A DNA stretch of 63,996 nucleotides, filler included, from Octopus bimaculoides (GCF_001194135.2; 7 parts of 6 records of this genome joined end to end with filler, not necessarily neighbours in it); one strand, 5' to 3'. Shown: positions 50,795-63,996, counted from the whole stretch's first letter. Made by a program: numbers and translations. Notes: a model not told the origin generated them from the sequence alone.

Positions 50795-51469
50795 ATAAAA
50801 TCAATTAAATAAAGGAGAATTCAACAAATCAAATTGATGGGCGTCAATTTTGTAAAAGCAGTTACTGAAATTTCCAGTAAATCATTGCCTATTTTCTTTA
50901 AAATAGGAATTTTCAAATTAGCTAATATAAAGTGTGTCTGCTTATTCATGACTGTCGTCGTGAAGTTGACTTAATATTAATTATATAGTAAATGCACTTC
51001 GTAAAATATTAATTACTTGTGTGTCCTTAGGAGAATTTCTGACGTTTATGACGAAAATATGGCAATATTAACGTGTAAAATCCCTTGCGTGAGTCATATG
51101 AAGTTTCATCAATTATACAGCATATACTTTAACATAATTTACTGAGATTAATATGTATTTAGCTTGTTTCATTTCTACCTGCATTACTGTAACATATATA
51201 GTAAACACATGCAAAACATTTAAAATGACTTTGGTTTTGTTACCTTCATTCCAACGATGAAACTTCACGTTTAGTCAGCAACCACCACCTTCCAATAAGG
51301 AAGGAATTAAATTATTGAAAACAGAAGAGACTCTTTGTGAGTGTGTGTGTGTGTCTGTGTGTGTCTGTGTGTGTGTATGTGTGTGTGTGCGTGCATGTGT
51401 GTGTGTGTTTGTGTGTGCGTGTGTGTGTGCATGCGTAGACGTGATTGTCTCAGTGAAATTTTTTTTCTC

Positions 51470-51790
51470 CGTGTTTTTCTCCTTGTTTTCTCCTTATTCT
51501 TTCTGTTGAAGAGCGTTGCTAGAAACGTTAAAGACTCTCTGTATTCCCGAGCGTTGAACTAATACAATATTTTGTTGTTTACAACACCTGTCCTCGTCTG
51601 TTGTTTTTTTCGTAAATTCTCCCACATATATATATATCATATTGAATGGGACAAGAACGAAAACATCCGGACAGTTGCATGATACAAGAAAGAGACAAAA
51701 CATACATATAGAAGATACAAAGAAAACACGAACATGTCATTCGGAGTTTTCTTTCATCAGTCGAGATCCAGATTATCTTTGCATTTCTTT
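51470..51790 (-). mobile_element. Unclassified, possibly Penelope-related terminal repeat
   Basis: Minus strand gactgatgaaagaaaactccgaa and acgaggacaggtgttgtaaacaac resemble the other Penelope-like ends. Confidence 0.35.
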
Positions 51791-51793
51791 GCA

Positions 51794-51824
<31 letters not shown>

Positions 51825-52441
51825 CGTGTGTGTATTATATACATTTAGAAAGAGAGTAGATAATGATTTTGGTCACTACTGATCCCATCCGACGTTGTTT
51901 GGAAAATGCTGATGGAGAATTCTCGATATTATCGTGATACGGGTTCACTACAGCGTTAGAGGGAATTGCGTTAGCGATATTAAGAGCGATCCCATTANNN
52001 NNNNNNNNNNNNNNNNNNNNNNNNNNNNNNNNNNNNNNNNNNNNNNNNNNNNNNNNNNNNNNNNNNNNNNNNNNNNNNNNNNNNNNNNNNNNNNNNNNNN
52101 NNNNNNNNNNNNNNNNNNNNNNNNNNNNNNNNNNNNNNNNNNNNNNNNNNNNNNNNNNNNNNNNNNNNNNNNNNNNNNNNNNNNNNNNNNNNNNNNNNNN
52201 NNNNNNNNNNNNNNNNNNNNNNNGAATGCAGACTAAATCTGGGTGGGAAAGCTGGTCTCCGATTCACAAATGTAAGGAAGGACACAGGAAATGTGTCAAG
52301 GCCAACAGCAATCGGTCTAGCTTCCTAAGGCTAAATAGTAGCAGTATGATTCCCTTAATGGGTTTGTCACATTAAGTTGACAGTAAACAACTGCTTTATA
52401 TATAAATATATATGTGTGTGCGTGGGTGTGTTTGTGTGTGC

Positions 52442-52477
<36 letters not shown>

Positions 52478-52950
52478 GTGTATTATATACATTTAGAAAG
52501 AGAGTAGATAATGATTTTGGTCACTACTGATCCCATCCGACGTTGTTTGGAAAATGCTGATGGAGAATTCTCGATATTATCGTGATACGGGTTCACTACA
52601 GCGTTAGAGGGAATTGCGTTAGCGATATTAAGAGCGATCCCATTAATCAACGGACGTCATAAACTTTATTTTCATTGTGATCAAATGGTGGAGGATTTCG
52701 ATAGCAATTTTAATTCATTTTGTACGGAAAGCCAATAACAGACAGCAGTATACAACTTCAAACCTATTAAACACAGAAAAGATATATATGACAGGGTTAA
52801 CATCGCAAGACTAGAAAACTCTAATTATTCACGAGAAACCTTTAAGAGTATTACAACATTTATTATTGTTGGTATAAAGCTGCATACTACCATCGATCAA
52901 TCCAAACAGGCGCGCACGTATATATATGTCTTTCATATATATGTATATAA

Positions 52951-53018
<68 letters not shown>

Positions 53019-53539
53019 NNNNNNNNNNNNNNNNNNNNNNNNNNNNNNNNNNNNNNNNNNNNTTAATTAATTAANNNNNNNNNNNNNNNNNNNNNNNNNN
53101 NNNNNNNNNNNNNNNNNNATATGTGTGTACATATATGTACATATATTTATATATATGCATATATATATATATATATATGGATATGGATATCAACGTAGTA
53201 AAACTCACTCACATATATGTGTTTGCGCGCACGTGTGTGTGCGTTATATGTGTGCATGCGTGTGTGTGAGTGTGTGTGTGTATGTGTGTGTATGTTTGTA
53301 CATTTGTGTGGTGCAAAGGAAGATAGTGTCTGAGGGTGAGAGACAACGATATGAGCGCGGGGTTGGGTCATTAAAATAAAAAAAAAGTAGGCAGAAATAA
53401 ACAAAAAGATTTTTTTTTTTCTTCAACGTACGAAATTGCCTTATCAAAATATTTGCATTCGGTTCACTAGACAGAGTGAAGTGGTGCCAGAGTCTATAAA
53501 CAGAATTCGGCCCGCGTTCGGTGGTGCTGTGGCTGCTGG

Positions 53540-53983
53540 GGGTGGTGGTGGTATTGGTTGTAGTGGTGGTGGTACTGGTGGTGGTGGCGATGATAGCAGT
53601 AATAAAGAAATCGGGGAAGAGAGGAATGTTTCTGTACTCGTTGTCGTCGGCAACGTCATCATCATCATCGTCGTCATCATCATCATAAACGTAGTCATTA
53701 TACTCCCTATTGTCTTCATCATGACGGGGATAATGACAGTGATAATAATCGTGATGATGTTTAGGATGAAGATCGTCAAGAACTTCCTCTTCCCTGTCGT
53801 CATCATCATCATCATCATCACCGTAACGATCCGGATCAAAATATTAATTATTCACCTCCTCCTAGTCGTTATTCTCATCCTCATCATCCTCAACATCCTC
53901 ATCCTCATAATCATCATCACCATCATGACCCTCATTATCATAATTATCATTATCATCGTCATCATCATCATCATTATCATCAC

Positions 53984-54037
<54 letters not shown>

Positions 54038-54880
54038 TCTTATCCTTATCCTCATCACCATCATCACCATCATCATCATCATCATCATCATCGTCATAAT
54101 CATCATCAACTTCATCATCAACTTCATCATTAACCTCCTCCTTCCTCATCTTCACTATCATTCGCATCTTCCTCATCATCATCCTCATCCTTATCCTCCT
54201 TCTCCTCATCATCATTATCAGCAGCATCACCCTCATCATCGTTGTCATCATCTTCGTTGTTGTCATCATCATTATTATCATAACCATCGACATCATCTTC
54301 ATGATCATGATCATGATAACGATCCCCTCCTCTTCATCTTTGTCATCATCGTCATGAAGCGAGTAAAGATGCGCATAAAATGTGACACTATCACATGATT
54401 TTCGATCTCCTAGAAATAGTAGCTAAATCGTTTAACACATTTTGGCCTTCTCAAACACAAGTTGCGGATTTACAGTACGTAACTAAAAGACGTGATGGTC
54501 TAGCTGGAACATCTTTGGGCATATCTCTACTCACTAAGGAATAACTAGACCTAGGGTTAAATAAAACCAACAACAACATCATCATTATTCTCGGTCCCAT
54601 CAACATGGTCCTTATCATCATTATCCTCATCAAGAACAGCAGCAGCAGCAGCAGCGGTCGCAACATCGTTATTCATATTATTTATCAGAAATATCATCGT
54701 TGTTGTTCTCATCAACATCATCGTCGTCATCGTTGTCCTCTTATTTATCTTCCTCGACCCATCATCATTGTCATCTTCGTCGCCGTCGTGTCATTGTCAT
54801 CAATATTACCTTTTTTTGTCATCATAACAACTACAACATCATCGACGTCGTCGTTATCATCATCGTAATCACCATGATTT
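53540..54880. repeat. ~1.3-kb degenerate (ATC/CAT)n trinucleotide low-complexity region
   Basis: Directly visible. It generates Ile/His-, Met- and Asp-rich ORFs in several frames. Confidence 0.9.
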
Positions 54881-55685
54881 CCTAGGCTTGAAAAGCAACA
54901 AAAACCAGACGAGCAGCCAAATCAACAGCATTAGATACCCAAGGAAAAAAAAAAGACATCATAAAGAAAACTCAAAACAGGAACAGCTCCACCACCGGCA
55001 CAAACAAAACCACCACTACGACCACTACCAACCACAACAACAACAACAACAGCTACAACATTAACGTCAACAAATACGTCTAACATAAACCAGACTAACC
55101 CTAACTGAAATAACCTAGCACATTGCATCTTTTGTTATTTCATCGTTGATTAGCGAAAGGCACCAGTGAAATATTTTCTTTCTTTCTCAGACACCTTATC
55201 GCATTCATCCATATATTCAGTCATTTATTCAAGGAGCAATTTATTTATTTAAAATTTTTTCCATTTATTTATCATATTACCATTTTTTTTTCTTCTTATC
55301 GTTTCTTTATCCATCCCTCTATTACTCTATTCATCCAGTTATTCATCTACACCATTGTCTATATTCTGGCACGGCATTCTTTCGGTTTTCTCACAGCCTG
55401 AAAGCGAGAGTGCAGTGTGTGTGTGCGTGAATGCGTGTGTGTGTGNNNNNNNNNNTGTGTCTGTGTGTGTGTGTGAGTGAATGCGTGTGTGTGTGCGAGT
55501 GTGCCCATGTGTTTGTAAAAGTATGTGTGTATGTGTGTTTCTGTGTGTATATATATCTATCTATATTTATGCATATATATATATATGAACTATATGTGTA
55601 TATATTTACACATAAGCAGATGCACACACATTCACATACACTCTAAAACACGTACACACACAAACGCTCATACAAACACACACAG

Positions 55686-55720
<35 letters not shown>

Positions 55721-55820
55721 NNNNNNNNNNNNNNNNNNNNNNNNNNNNNNNNNNNNNNNNNNNNTTAATTAATTAANNNNNNNNNNNNNNNNNNNNNNNN
55801 NNNNNNNNNNNNNNNNNNNN

Positions 55821-56195
55821 TTCTAATTGATGTATCAATACCAGCAGATGACAACGTTTCTCGAAAAGAAATGGAAAAACTTTCAAAATACAAAGACCTG
55901 GAAATAGAGGTAACTCGAATGTGGAGTCTAAAAACAGAAACAATTCCTATCATAGTAGGTGCCTTAGGTATAATAAAAAATATTCAGACAAATACATAAC
56001 AAAAACACCAGGACTTACAAATATATATAACATACAGAAAATTGCACTACTGGGTACTGCACACATTCTACGCAAAACACTTTCAATACAGTTAACATAA
56101 GAGCACCACAGCAAACCACAGCACATACCCAAGGCGCACAGAGCTGCGCTCGGTAGTGAAGTGAAAGCACGTTATAAAAATAAAACTACTGAACA
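55821..56195 (+). mobile_element. Young R4/Dong-like LINE 3' end with an uninterrupted REL C-terminus
   Basis: Open frame 55823-56100: LIDVSIPADDNVSRKEMEKLSKYKDLEIEVTRMWSLKTETIPIIVGALG...QKIALLGTAHILRKTLSIQLT*. A short 3' UTR leads into (AAT/GAT)n. Confidence 0.9.
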
Positions 56196-56224
56196 ATAAT
56201 AATGATGATGATGATAATAATAAT

Positions 56225-56420
56225 AAACATTTCTACTGGAGGCACAAGAATTTGTGAGAAGGGGATTAGTTGATTACATCAACTCAAGTGTTTGAGCCCG
56301 AAAGAATGAAAGATAACGTCGACTTCGGCGGAACTTGAACTCAGAACGTAGCGACGTGCGAAATACCGCTAAGCACTTCGTCCAACGCGCAAACGATTCT
56401 GTCGACTGGCCGCCTTAATA
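56225..56420 (-). mobile_element. SINE family A
   Basis: gtcgacttcggcggaacttgaactcagaacg...gaaataccgctaagc. Confidence 0.8.
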
Positions 56421-56444
56421 ATGATGATGATGATGATGATGATG

Positions 56445-57045
56445 ATGGTTGATGCAATGAAGAACGAATTACATCAAATACACAATAGACAACACATCAG
56501 AAAGTGATAAGTGCGGAATCTGTGGACAAAATGGTGAAACCGTATGGCATTTTACCAGTCAATGTGCGCCACTAGCCCAGAAAGAATATATATTGAACAC
56601 TTTGCAACAAGTATGGACTTGACAGAGCAAAAAAGTGGAACGAACATAAACCCGAAAGCATCATCGAGAATGATAATGCAAAGATCCTATGGGATTTTAT
56701 GATTCAGTGCGACCATGAGATAGAAAGTAGGAAACCAGACATAGTATAAATTGAGAAAGAAAGTAAACGATACTGTATCATAGATGTAGCATGCCTAGCT
56801 GACAACAAGGTAAGTGATAAGGAAGAAAGAAAAGTCGATAGATATAACAGGTTAGCTTGGGAGGTTAAGAAGTTGTGGTCGCTGAAAAAAATGGTATAGT
56901 ACCAATAATTGTCGGAGCCTTGAGACCAGTGAGTAAAAACTTGAAAAGTACATGGAATAAATAGGGGCTGCGATAAGGGCGGAGAACTTGTAGAAAACAG
57001 CACTGCCTAGAACCGTTCGAATACTCCGGATGGTGTCACCTTAGT
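56445..57045 (+). mobile_element. R4/Dong-like LINE fossil, second family
   Basis: SDKCGICGQNGETVWHFTSQC (CCHC)...ILWDFMIQCDHEIESRKPDIV...IIDVAC...PIIVGAL. Confidence 0.85.
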
Positions 57046-57126
57046 TCACTGGTAGTGAACAGATGGCACCGTAGCGTATTTCAAGCGTTAGAAGCCGTGC
57101 AAAGACAATAAAATAATAATAATAAC

Positions 57127-57173
<47 letters not shown>

Positions 57174-57189
57174 TAATAATAATAATAAT

Positions 57190-57346
57190 TGGCCTTGATA
57201 AATGTGCAAAAGCTACCTTTATCAAAGGAAAAATGACAAATACATCTAATGTGAACCATGACCAGCAAAATGTCATAAAAGAGTTAGAACCAGCGGAGAG
57301 CTACAAATACCTAGGGGTAATTGAAGGGGACAATATCAAGCACTCA
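57190..57346 (+). mobile_element. R4/Dong-like RT C-terminal fragment, 5'-truncated at (AAT)n
   Basis: GLDKCAKATFIKGK...ELEPAESYKYLGVIEG. Confidence 0.85.
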
Positions 57347-58715
57347 NNNNNNNNNNNNNNNNNNNNNNNNNNNNNNNNNNNNNNNNNNNNTTAATTAATT
57401 AANNNNNNNNNNNNNNNNNNNNNNNNNNNNNNNNNNNNNNNNNNNNGAAGACCATTGCTCACCTTCAGGGATATTGTGCGCTGTAGGACTTTTGAATTTG
57501 CGGCTCCGTTTGTGGCTAATGGGCCCTGCTCTTGACAAACATACGCGACTGTAAACATTGCAGACCAAGCTTTCCCCATTCACCACCCCAGCCGTNNNNN
57601 NNNNNNNNNNNNNNNNNNNNNNNNNNNNNNNNNNNNNNNNNNNNNNNNNNNNNNNNNNNNNNNNNNNNNNNNNNNNNNNNNNNNNNNNNNNNNNNNNNNN
57701 NNNNNNNNNNNNNNNNNNNNNNNNNNNNNNNNNNNNNNNNNNNNNNNNNNNNNNNNNNNNNNNNNNNNNNNNNNNNNNNNNNNNNNNNNNNNNNNNNNNN
57801 NNNNNNNNNNNNNNNNNNNNNNNNNNNNNNNNNNNNNNNNNNNNNNNNNNNNNNNNNNNNNNNNNNNNNNNNNNNNNNNNNNNNNNNNNNNNNNNNNNNN
57901 NNNNNNNNNNNNNNNNNNNNNNNNNNNNNNNNNNNNNNNNNNNNNNNNNNNNNNNNNNNNNNNNNNNNNNNNNNNNNNNNNNNNNNNNNNNNNNNNNNNN
58001 NNNNNNNNNNNNNNNNNNNNNNNNNNNNNNNNNNNNNNNNNNNNNNNNNNNNNNNNNNNNNNNNNNNNNNNNNNNNNNNNNNNNNNNNNNNNNNNNNNNN
58101 NNNNNNNNNNNNNNNNNNNNNNNNNNNNNNNNNNNNNNNNNNNNNNNNNNNNNNNNNNNNNNNNNNNNNNNNNNNNNNNNNNNNNNNNNNNNNNNNNNNN
58201 NNNNNNNNNNNNNNNNNNNNNNNNNNNNNNNNNNNNNNNNNNNNNNNNNNNNNNNNNNNNNNNNNNNNNNNNNNNNNNNNNNNNNNNNNNNNNNNNNNNN
58301 NNNNNNNNNNNNNNNNNNNNNNNNNNNNNNNNNNNNNNNNNNNNNNNNNNNNNNNNNNNNNNNNNNNNNNNNNNNNNNNNNNNNNNNNNNNNNNNNNNNN
58401 NNNNNNNNNNNNNNNNNNNNNNNNNNNNNNNNNNNNNNNNNNNNNNNNNNNNNNNNNNNNNNNNNNNNNNNNNNNNNNNNNNNNNNNNNNNNNNNNNNNN
58501 NNNNNCCCCCCCCCTGAACTTTGTTAATGCTAACTGTCGTGGGAATGATCATAATATAGGAAATGGGATAATAATAAGAGTACTACTAGTTTTACTGGTT
58601 GTTATAACGTTGGAGGGTGTGACAGACCTGGTAGTTATGGTAATATCTGTAAAATTGGCAGGTTATTTTTAGTGCTATTGGTTACATGAGATCAAGTATA
58701 AACCAGCAACCTTAC

Positions 58716-58756
58716 CAAGTGCATGCCTGGTAAAGAGGATGCCTTTGCTGGACACC
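58716..58756 (-). other. Candidate 41-nt exon
   Basis: Minus strand reads atgttttgtttttcgtcctgcag|GGTGTCC...GCACTTG|gtaagg. All three frames are open. Confidence 0.25.
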
Positions 58757-60280
58757 CTGCAGGACGAAAAACAAAACATGTTGAAGAGTGGATGAACTTA
58801 TTAGAGTCAGCAGCCATCCAACTATATGAGTCTTTGAGTGCTGCAATGATAGATACTGGACGTGACAATCAGCGCAGGATAGGAATCCTTAAATGAGGGC
58901 AGGTGGGCCTCTCGAAAGTCTTGGATGAGAACTTGTCTTGTGATAAGAATACGATATAATTACTGGTTGGTGGTAACCATAAGACATACCTCAGTTATGA
59001 GAGAAATGTTAAGAATGAGAATCCTAACTGCGTTCAGGAGGCAGGAGCTTTTAGCAAAGGTGTCGCATTCGGCAGATGTCTTTGTGGAACAGCAGCGCAG
59101 GCCCGACCGGAGTGAAGCTACTGCGGGACCTCAACAGTGAAGGAAAGGAAAAGAGACGAAGGTTAACAACAAACTATTGTTTGATTGTTATATTAGAAGT
59201 GAGCTAGANNNNNNNNNNNNNNNNNNNNNNNNNNNNNNNNNNNNNNNNNNNNNNNNNNNNNNNNNNNNNNNNNNNNNNNNNNNNNNNNNNNNNNNNNNNN
59301 NNNNNNNNNNNNNNNNNNNNNNNNNNNNNNNNNNNNNNNNNNNNNNNNNNNNNNNNNNNNNNNNNNNNNNNNNNNNNNNNNNNNNNNNNNNNNNNNNNNN
59401 NNNNNNNNNNNNNNNNNNNNNNNNNNNNNNNNNNNNNNNNNNNNNNNNNNNNNNNNNNNNNNNNNNNNNNNNNNNNNNNNNNNNNNNNNNNNNNNNNNNN
59501 NNNNNNNNNNNNNNNNNNNNNNNNNNNNNNNNNNNNNNNNNNNNNNNNNNNNNNNNNNNNNNNNNNNNNNNNNNNNNNNNNNNNNNNNNNNNNNNNNNNN
59601 NNNNNNNNNNNNNNNNNNNNNNNNNNNNNNNNNNNNNNNNNNNNNNNNNNNNNNNNNNNNNNNNNNNNNNNNNNNNNNNNNNNNNNNNNNNNNNNNNNNN
59701 NNNNNNNNNNNNNNNNNNNNNNNNNNNNNNNNNNNNNNNNNNNNNNNNNNNNNNNNNNNNNNNNNNNNNNNNNNNNNNNNNNNNNNNNNNNNNNNNNNNN
59801 NNNNNNNNNNNNNNNNNNNNNNNNNNNNNNNNNNNNNNNNNNNNNNNNNNNNNNNNNNNNNNNNNNNNNNNNNNNNNNNNNNNNNNNNNNNNNNNNNNNN
59901 NNNNNNNNNNNNNNNNNNNNNNNNNNNNNNNNNNNNNNNNNNNNNNNNNNNNNNNNNNNNNNNNNNNNNNNNNNNNNNNNNNNNNNNNNNNNNNNNNGCC
60001 TCCACTGCGGTAACATTATACACTGAATAACCTATACTGCACTTTACCAAATGGCTTAGAGTATTTCGTTAAGTTTTCAGAGTAACTGTTTTTATTTATT
60101 CCATTTCTTNNNNNNNNNNNNNNNNNNNNNNNNNNNNNNNNNNNNNNNNNNNNNNNNNNNNNNNNNNNNNNNNNNNNNNNNNNNNNNNNNNNNNNNNNNN
60201 NNNNNNNNNNNNNNNNNNNNNNNNNNNNNNNNNNNNNNNNNNNNNNNNNNNNNNNNNNNNNNNNNNNNNNNNNNNNNNNT

Positions 60281-60732
60281 GAGGCGTCACCTTCAAGAAT
60301 TTTAGACGAACGAAACCAACCCCAGCACTTGTACTTTTTAAAGCTCGGTGCTTGTTCTATCGGACTCTTTGCTGAGCCGCTAAGCACATAAGCACATCAA
60401 AACTGGTTGTCNNNNNNNNNNNNNNNNNNNNNNNNNNNNNNNNNNNNNNNNNNNNNNNNNNNNNNNNNNNNNNNNNNNNNNNNNNNNNNNNNNNNNNNNN
60501 NNNNNNNNNNNNNNNNNNNNNNNNNNNNNNNNNNNNNNNNNNNNNNNNNNNNNNNNNNNNNNNNNNNNNNNNNNNNNNNNNNNNNNNNNNNNNNGCACGC
60601 ACATTCATTTTCCGCCTACCACACGGTTTCGATCGGCCCAGGACTACAGCAAAAGATACTTGCCCAAGTTGCCACGTAGCATGACTGAACCCGGAACCAT
60701 GTGATTGGGAAGCAAACTTCTTACCACACAGC
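60281..60732 (-). mobile_element. SINE family B, split by a gap
   Basis: 3' part at 60281-60411 and head at 60595-60732 (tgaacccggaaccatgtgattgg...cttaccacacagc). Confidence 0.75.
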
Positions 60733-61579
60733 NNNNNNNNNNNNNNNNNNNNNNNNNNNNNNNNNNNNNNNNNNNNNNNNNNNNNNNNNNNNNNNNNNNN
60801 NNNNNNNNNNNNNNNNNNNNNNNNNNNNNNNNNNNNNNNNNNNNNNNNNNNNNNNNNNNNNNNNNNNNNNNNNNNNNNNNNNNNNNNNNNNNNNNNNNNN
60901 NNNNNNNNNNNNNNNNNNNNNNNNNNNNNNNNNNNNNNNNNNNNNNNNNNNNNNNNNNNNNNNNNNNNNNNNNNNNNNNNNNNNNNNNNNNNNNNNNNNN
61001 NNNNNNNNNNNNNNNNNNNNNNNNNNNNNNNNNNNNNNNNNNNNNNNNNNNNNNNNNNNNNNNNNNNNNNNNNNNNNNNNNNNNNNNNNNNNNNNNNNNN
61101 NNNNNNNNNNNNNNNNNNNNNNNNNNNNNNNNNNNNNNNNNNNNNNNNNNNNNNNNNNNNNNNNNNNNNNNNNNNNNNNNNNNNNNNNNNNNNNNNNNNN
61201 NNNNNNNNNNNNNNNNNNNNNNNNNNNNNNNNNNNNNNNNNNNNNNNNNNNNNNNNNNNNNNNNNNNNNNNNNNNNNNNNNNNNNNNNNNNNNNNNNNNN
61301 NNNNNNNNNNNNNNNNNNNNNNNNNNNNNNNNNNNNNNNNNNNNNNNNNNNNNNNNNNNNNNNNNNNNNNNNNNNNNNNNNNNNNNNNNNNNNNNNNNNN
61401 NNNNNNNNNNNNNNNNNNNNNNNNNNNNNNNNNNNNNNNNNNNNNNNNNNACTTAGTATAATTGAATCAAAGATCGCTATATTCCAAAAGCCTTCCTTCA
61501 TATGCCCGAAGAAAAAGCAAATGGAGTGTTATCACAGAGCTATGAAATAGAGAATGTCTGAGGTACATCTTGAATAAGT

Positions 61580-62071
61580 AGAGGCGCAATGGCCCAGTGG
61601 GTAGGGCAGCGGACTCGCGGTCACAGGATCNNNNNNNNNNGTGGGTAGGGCAGCGGACTCGCGGTCACAGGATCGCGGTTTCGATTCCCAAACTGGGCGT
61701 TGTGGGTGTTTATTGAGCAAAAACACCTAATACTCCACGAGGCTCCGACAAGGGATGGTGGCGAACATTACTGTACTCTTTCACCACAACTTTCTCTCAC
61801 TCTTACTTCCTGTNNNNNNNNNNNNNNNNNNNNNNNNNNNNNNNNNNNNNNNNNNNNNNNNNNNNNNNNNNNNNNNNNNNNNNNNNNNNNNNNNNNNNNN
61901 NNNNNNNNNNNNNNNNNNNNNNNNNNNNNNNNNNNNNNNNNNNNNNNNNNNNNNNNNNNNNNNNNNNNNNNNNNNNNNNNNNNNNNNNNNNNNNNNNNNN
62001 NNNNNNNNNNNNNNNNNNNNNNNNNNNNNNNNNNNGGAACCCTCGACGTCGTAAGCGACGGAGTGCCAACA
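61580..62071 (+). mobile_element. SINE family C with 13-bp TSD, gaps inside
   Basis: TSD acatcttgaataa at 61565-61577 and 62069-62081. A box tggcccagtgg, B-box-like tttcgattcc. Confidence 0.88.
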
Positions 62072-62871
62072 TCTTGAATAAAAAAAGTACATCGAATGGG
62101 ATAATTGTTGCTGATATGTAACAAATTATAGCATTTTCTCATAGAAATCGACAATTCTGAAAACATTCAAAANNNNNNNNNNAATTATAGCATTTTCTCA
62201 TAGAAATCGACAATTCTGAAAACATTCAAAATCATTTATAAACCTCGTTTTATTGAAGCGAAGTACATTTACATAATGAACTGTATAAATCTACTAGAAA
62301 TTCAGTCTTAATTCGTATTTTCATCTAATATATATAAGATATAAAATATTTTCAAATTTCATGCTAGTTTGTAATAAAAATTAAGCAATTAATAATTTTA
62401 TAATGGAATATTTTAACAAGATTACTTTGCAAAGCTTTAAAAATTTTGAATTGATTTCTTAAGAGCGGTAGTAATACATTTCTACGTATTTTTAGGTAAT
62501 TTATTCAGATAAGCGATAAAACTTCATAAAGGGAAATAGGAAATTATAGAAAACGTTGATGAAGAGCAAAATATTTTTAAAAAACACCCAAAGAATGGCA
62601 AAATTCCGAGAACAATAAGTGACATCTTAAATAGTTAAATTTTCAGTCGAAAAATAACCCATCATCTTGTTTGTTTCTCCTTCTCAGTTATTTATTTACA
62701 GTTCCAACTTTTGAATTGAGAGATTTTGTCCAATGGAACTGGATTCTGAATCCATTGCAAAGCTTGAGACANNNNNNNNNNNNNNNNNNNNNNNNNNNNN
62801 NNNNNNNNNNNNNNNTTAATTAATTAANNNNNNNNNNNNNNNNNNNNNNNNNNNNNNNNNNNNNNNNNNNN

Positions 62872-62897
62872 AGATAAATAGATAGACAGACAGACGG

Positions 62898-62932
<35 letters not shown>

Positions 62933-62954
62933 CATACAGATAGATAGATAGATA
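62872..62954. repeat. (GATA)n microsatellite
   Basis: Directly visible. Confidence 0.95.
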
Positions 62955-63944
62955 CAGGGGGCGTAAGCTATTTAAGGATAGCTTTATGCTTTTAAAAAAG
63001 CAGATATATAACAGCAGATATCAAAGAATGCTATGAGGATAAAAATAAACCTTCTTTTTTATAATGTTATTCAATAAATCCACCTTCAACATCAGTAACT
63101 GCTTCTATATGAGATCTAAATCATCTACATGCTTGAATCAAGTGGTCCTGGTTCATTTTGGACATTACTCACATACACCCATCGCCGTCATTCACAATCG
63201 AGTTGTTGAAAAAAATTTCTTTCTCATCTGCCACATCCAATGAACCCATCTCATCGCAAACAGCGACAGACACCCTCTCGACCTTGATATCCTTCACTCA
63301 GCAGGACATTCTTGAAAGGTAAGTGAGTAACCGGTTGGATAATGCGCTCCTCAATATCTAACGTATAACAAACACGACCGATGTTCATGGATGAAACTGT
63401 GAATGCCATTGATCGCAGTTCTGTTCAGTCAGGGTCTGGCCTGGGACTAAGAAATAATAAGTGCACAGCACAAGTCAAGGACACTGATTGCCCTTTCTTT
63501 CCTGAAATATGCCATGAAATAAAATCTTTGCTACTGCAGGGTTGGTGCATGATGTTACTGCAGTAGTATGAGCAAACATTGCAGTGTTTGCCGTCATTAC
63601 TTGTAGAGCTGTTCCCAGTGCAGCTGTGGCTGTCAATTCCAGTGTTACTTTTCCTGATATCCGTTTCTATTGCTGCTGTTCTTGTCGTTTATATTTTTCT
63701 ACGTATTCACACTGGTACTTTCTCTTCAAATATAAATCTCGTTCACGCTTTTAGTTGTTTCTGTTGTTGTTGTTTGTTGTTGTTTGTTGTTTGTTGCTCG
63801 TTGTTGTTATTGTGGTTGTTATTGTTGTTGATATTGCTGTCGCTGGTGCTGCTGTTTGTTAATAAAGCTGGTTTTGTAGTTGTTAAACCCTTAAAGGTCT
63901 AATTTATGTTGCTGGTGTTCTTATATATGATATATGATATATAA

Positions 63945-63996
<52 letters not shown>

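Noticed and set aside
51815-52645. ~185-bp direct repeat at 51815-51997 and 52460-52645
   Set aside because: It is an identical copy on either side of a gap, most likely an unmerged contig overlap. Gap-flanking duplicates at 12390-12455, 61597-61670 and 62122-62232 look the same.
53436-54398. 320-aa Ile/His-rich ORF and the antisense Asp-rich ORF (superficially like acidic shell-matrix proteins)
   Set aside because: These are translations of a degenerate (ATC)n tract that is open in several frames. There is no signal peptide, domain or splice support.
63165-63460. Splice-like signals on both strands (aaag|gtaagt plus; tgtat|gtgagt minus) and a kringle-like TxxxxxCxxWxSQ peptide
   Set aside because: The strands conflict, stops lie next to the motifs, and the kringle Gly/Pro-His residues are missing.

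Overview
AT-rich, microsatellite-saturated, gappy eukaryotic scaffold. Its repeat families match my recollection of Octopus/coleoid cephalopod genomes (inference, not database-checked). I find no intact protein-coding gene, rRNA, true tRNA gene or CRISPR array. Most long ORFs in the track are N-gap read-throughs or microsatellite translations. The window is a layered transposon graveyard. It holds RTE-clade LINE fragments and tails, R4/Dong-like REL-endonuclease LINE fragments in (TAA)n arrays, Penelope-like terminal repeats with hammerhead-type cores, and at least four tRNA-headed SINE families (my labels A-D). It also holds a Gypsy LTR-PBS-gag-protease fragment, a second LTR+PPT, mariner and pogo/Tigger transposase fossils, and MITEs with diagnosable TIR/TSD (hAT, piggyBac-like, mariner-like, Merlin-like, foldback). 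The best leads are an inverted pair of hammerhead-bearing Penelope ends, a 110-bp-arm hairpin, an amplified mariner derivative built from two 5' ends, a frame-cycling 17-nt VNTR in a Gypsy zinc knuckle, and a Tigger-like fossil missed by the ORF track. There is also a ~41-kb CpG-depleted domain with candidate minus-strand microexons at its left edge. I cannot confirm a previously undescribed biological system; these are leads. Six 100-bp gaps carry an artificial TTAATTAATTAA linker, so adjacency across them is unreliable. Coordinates of degenerate elements are approximate.
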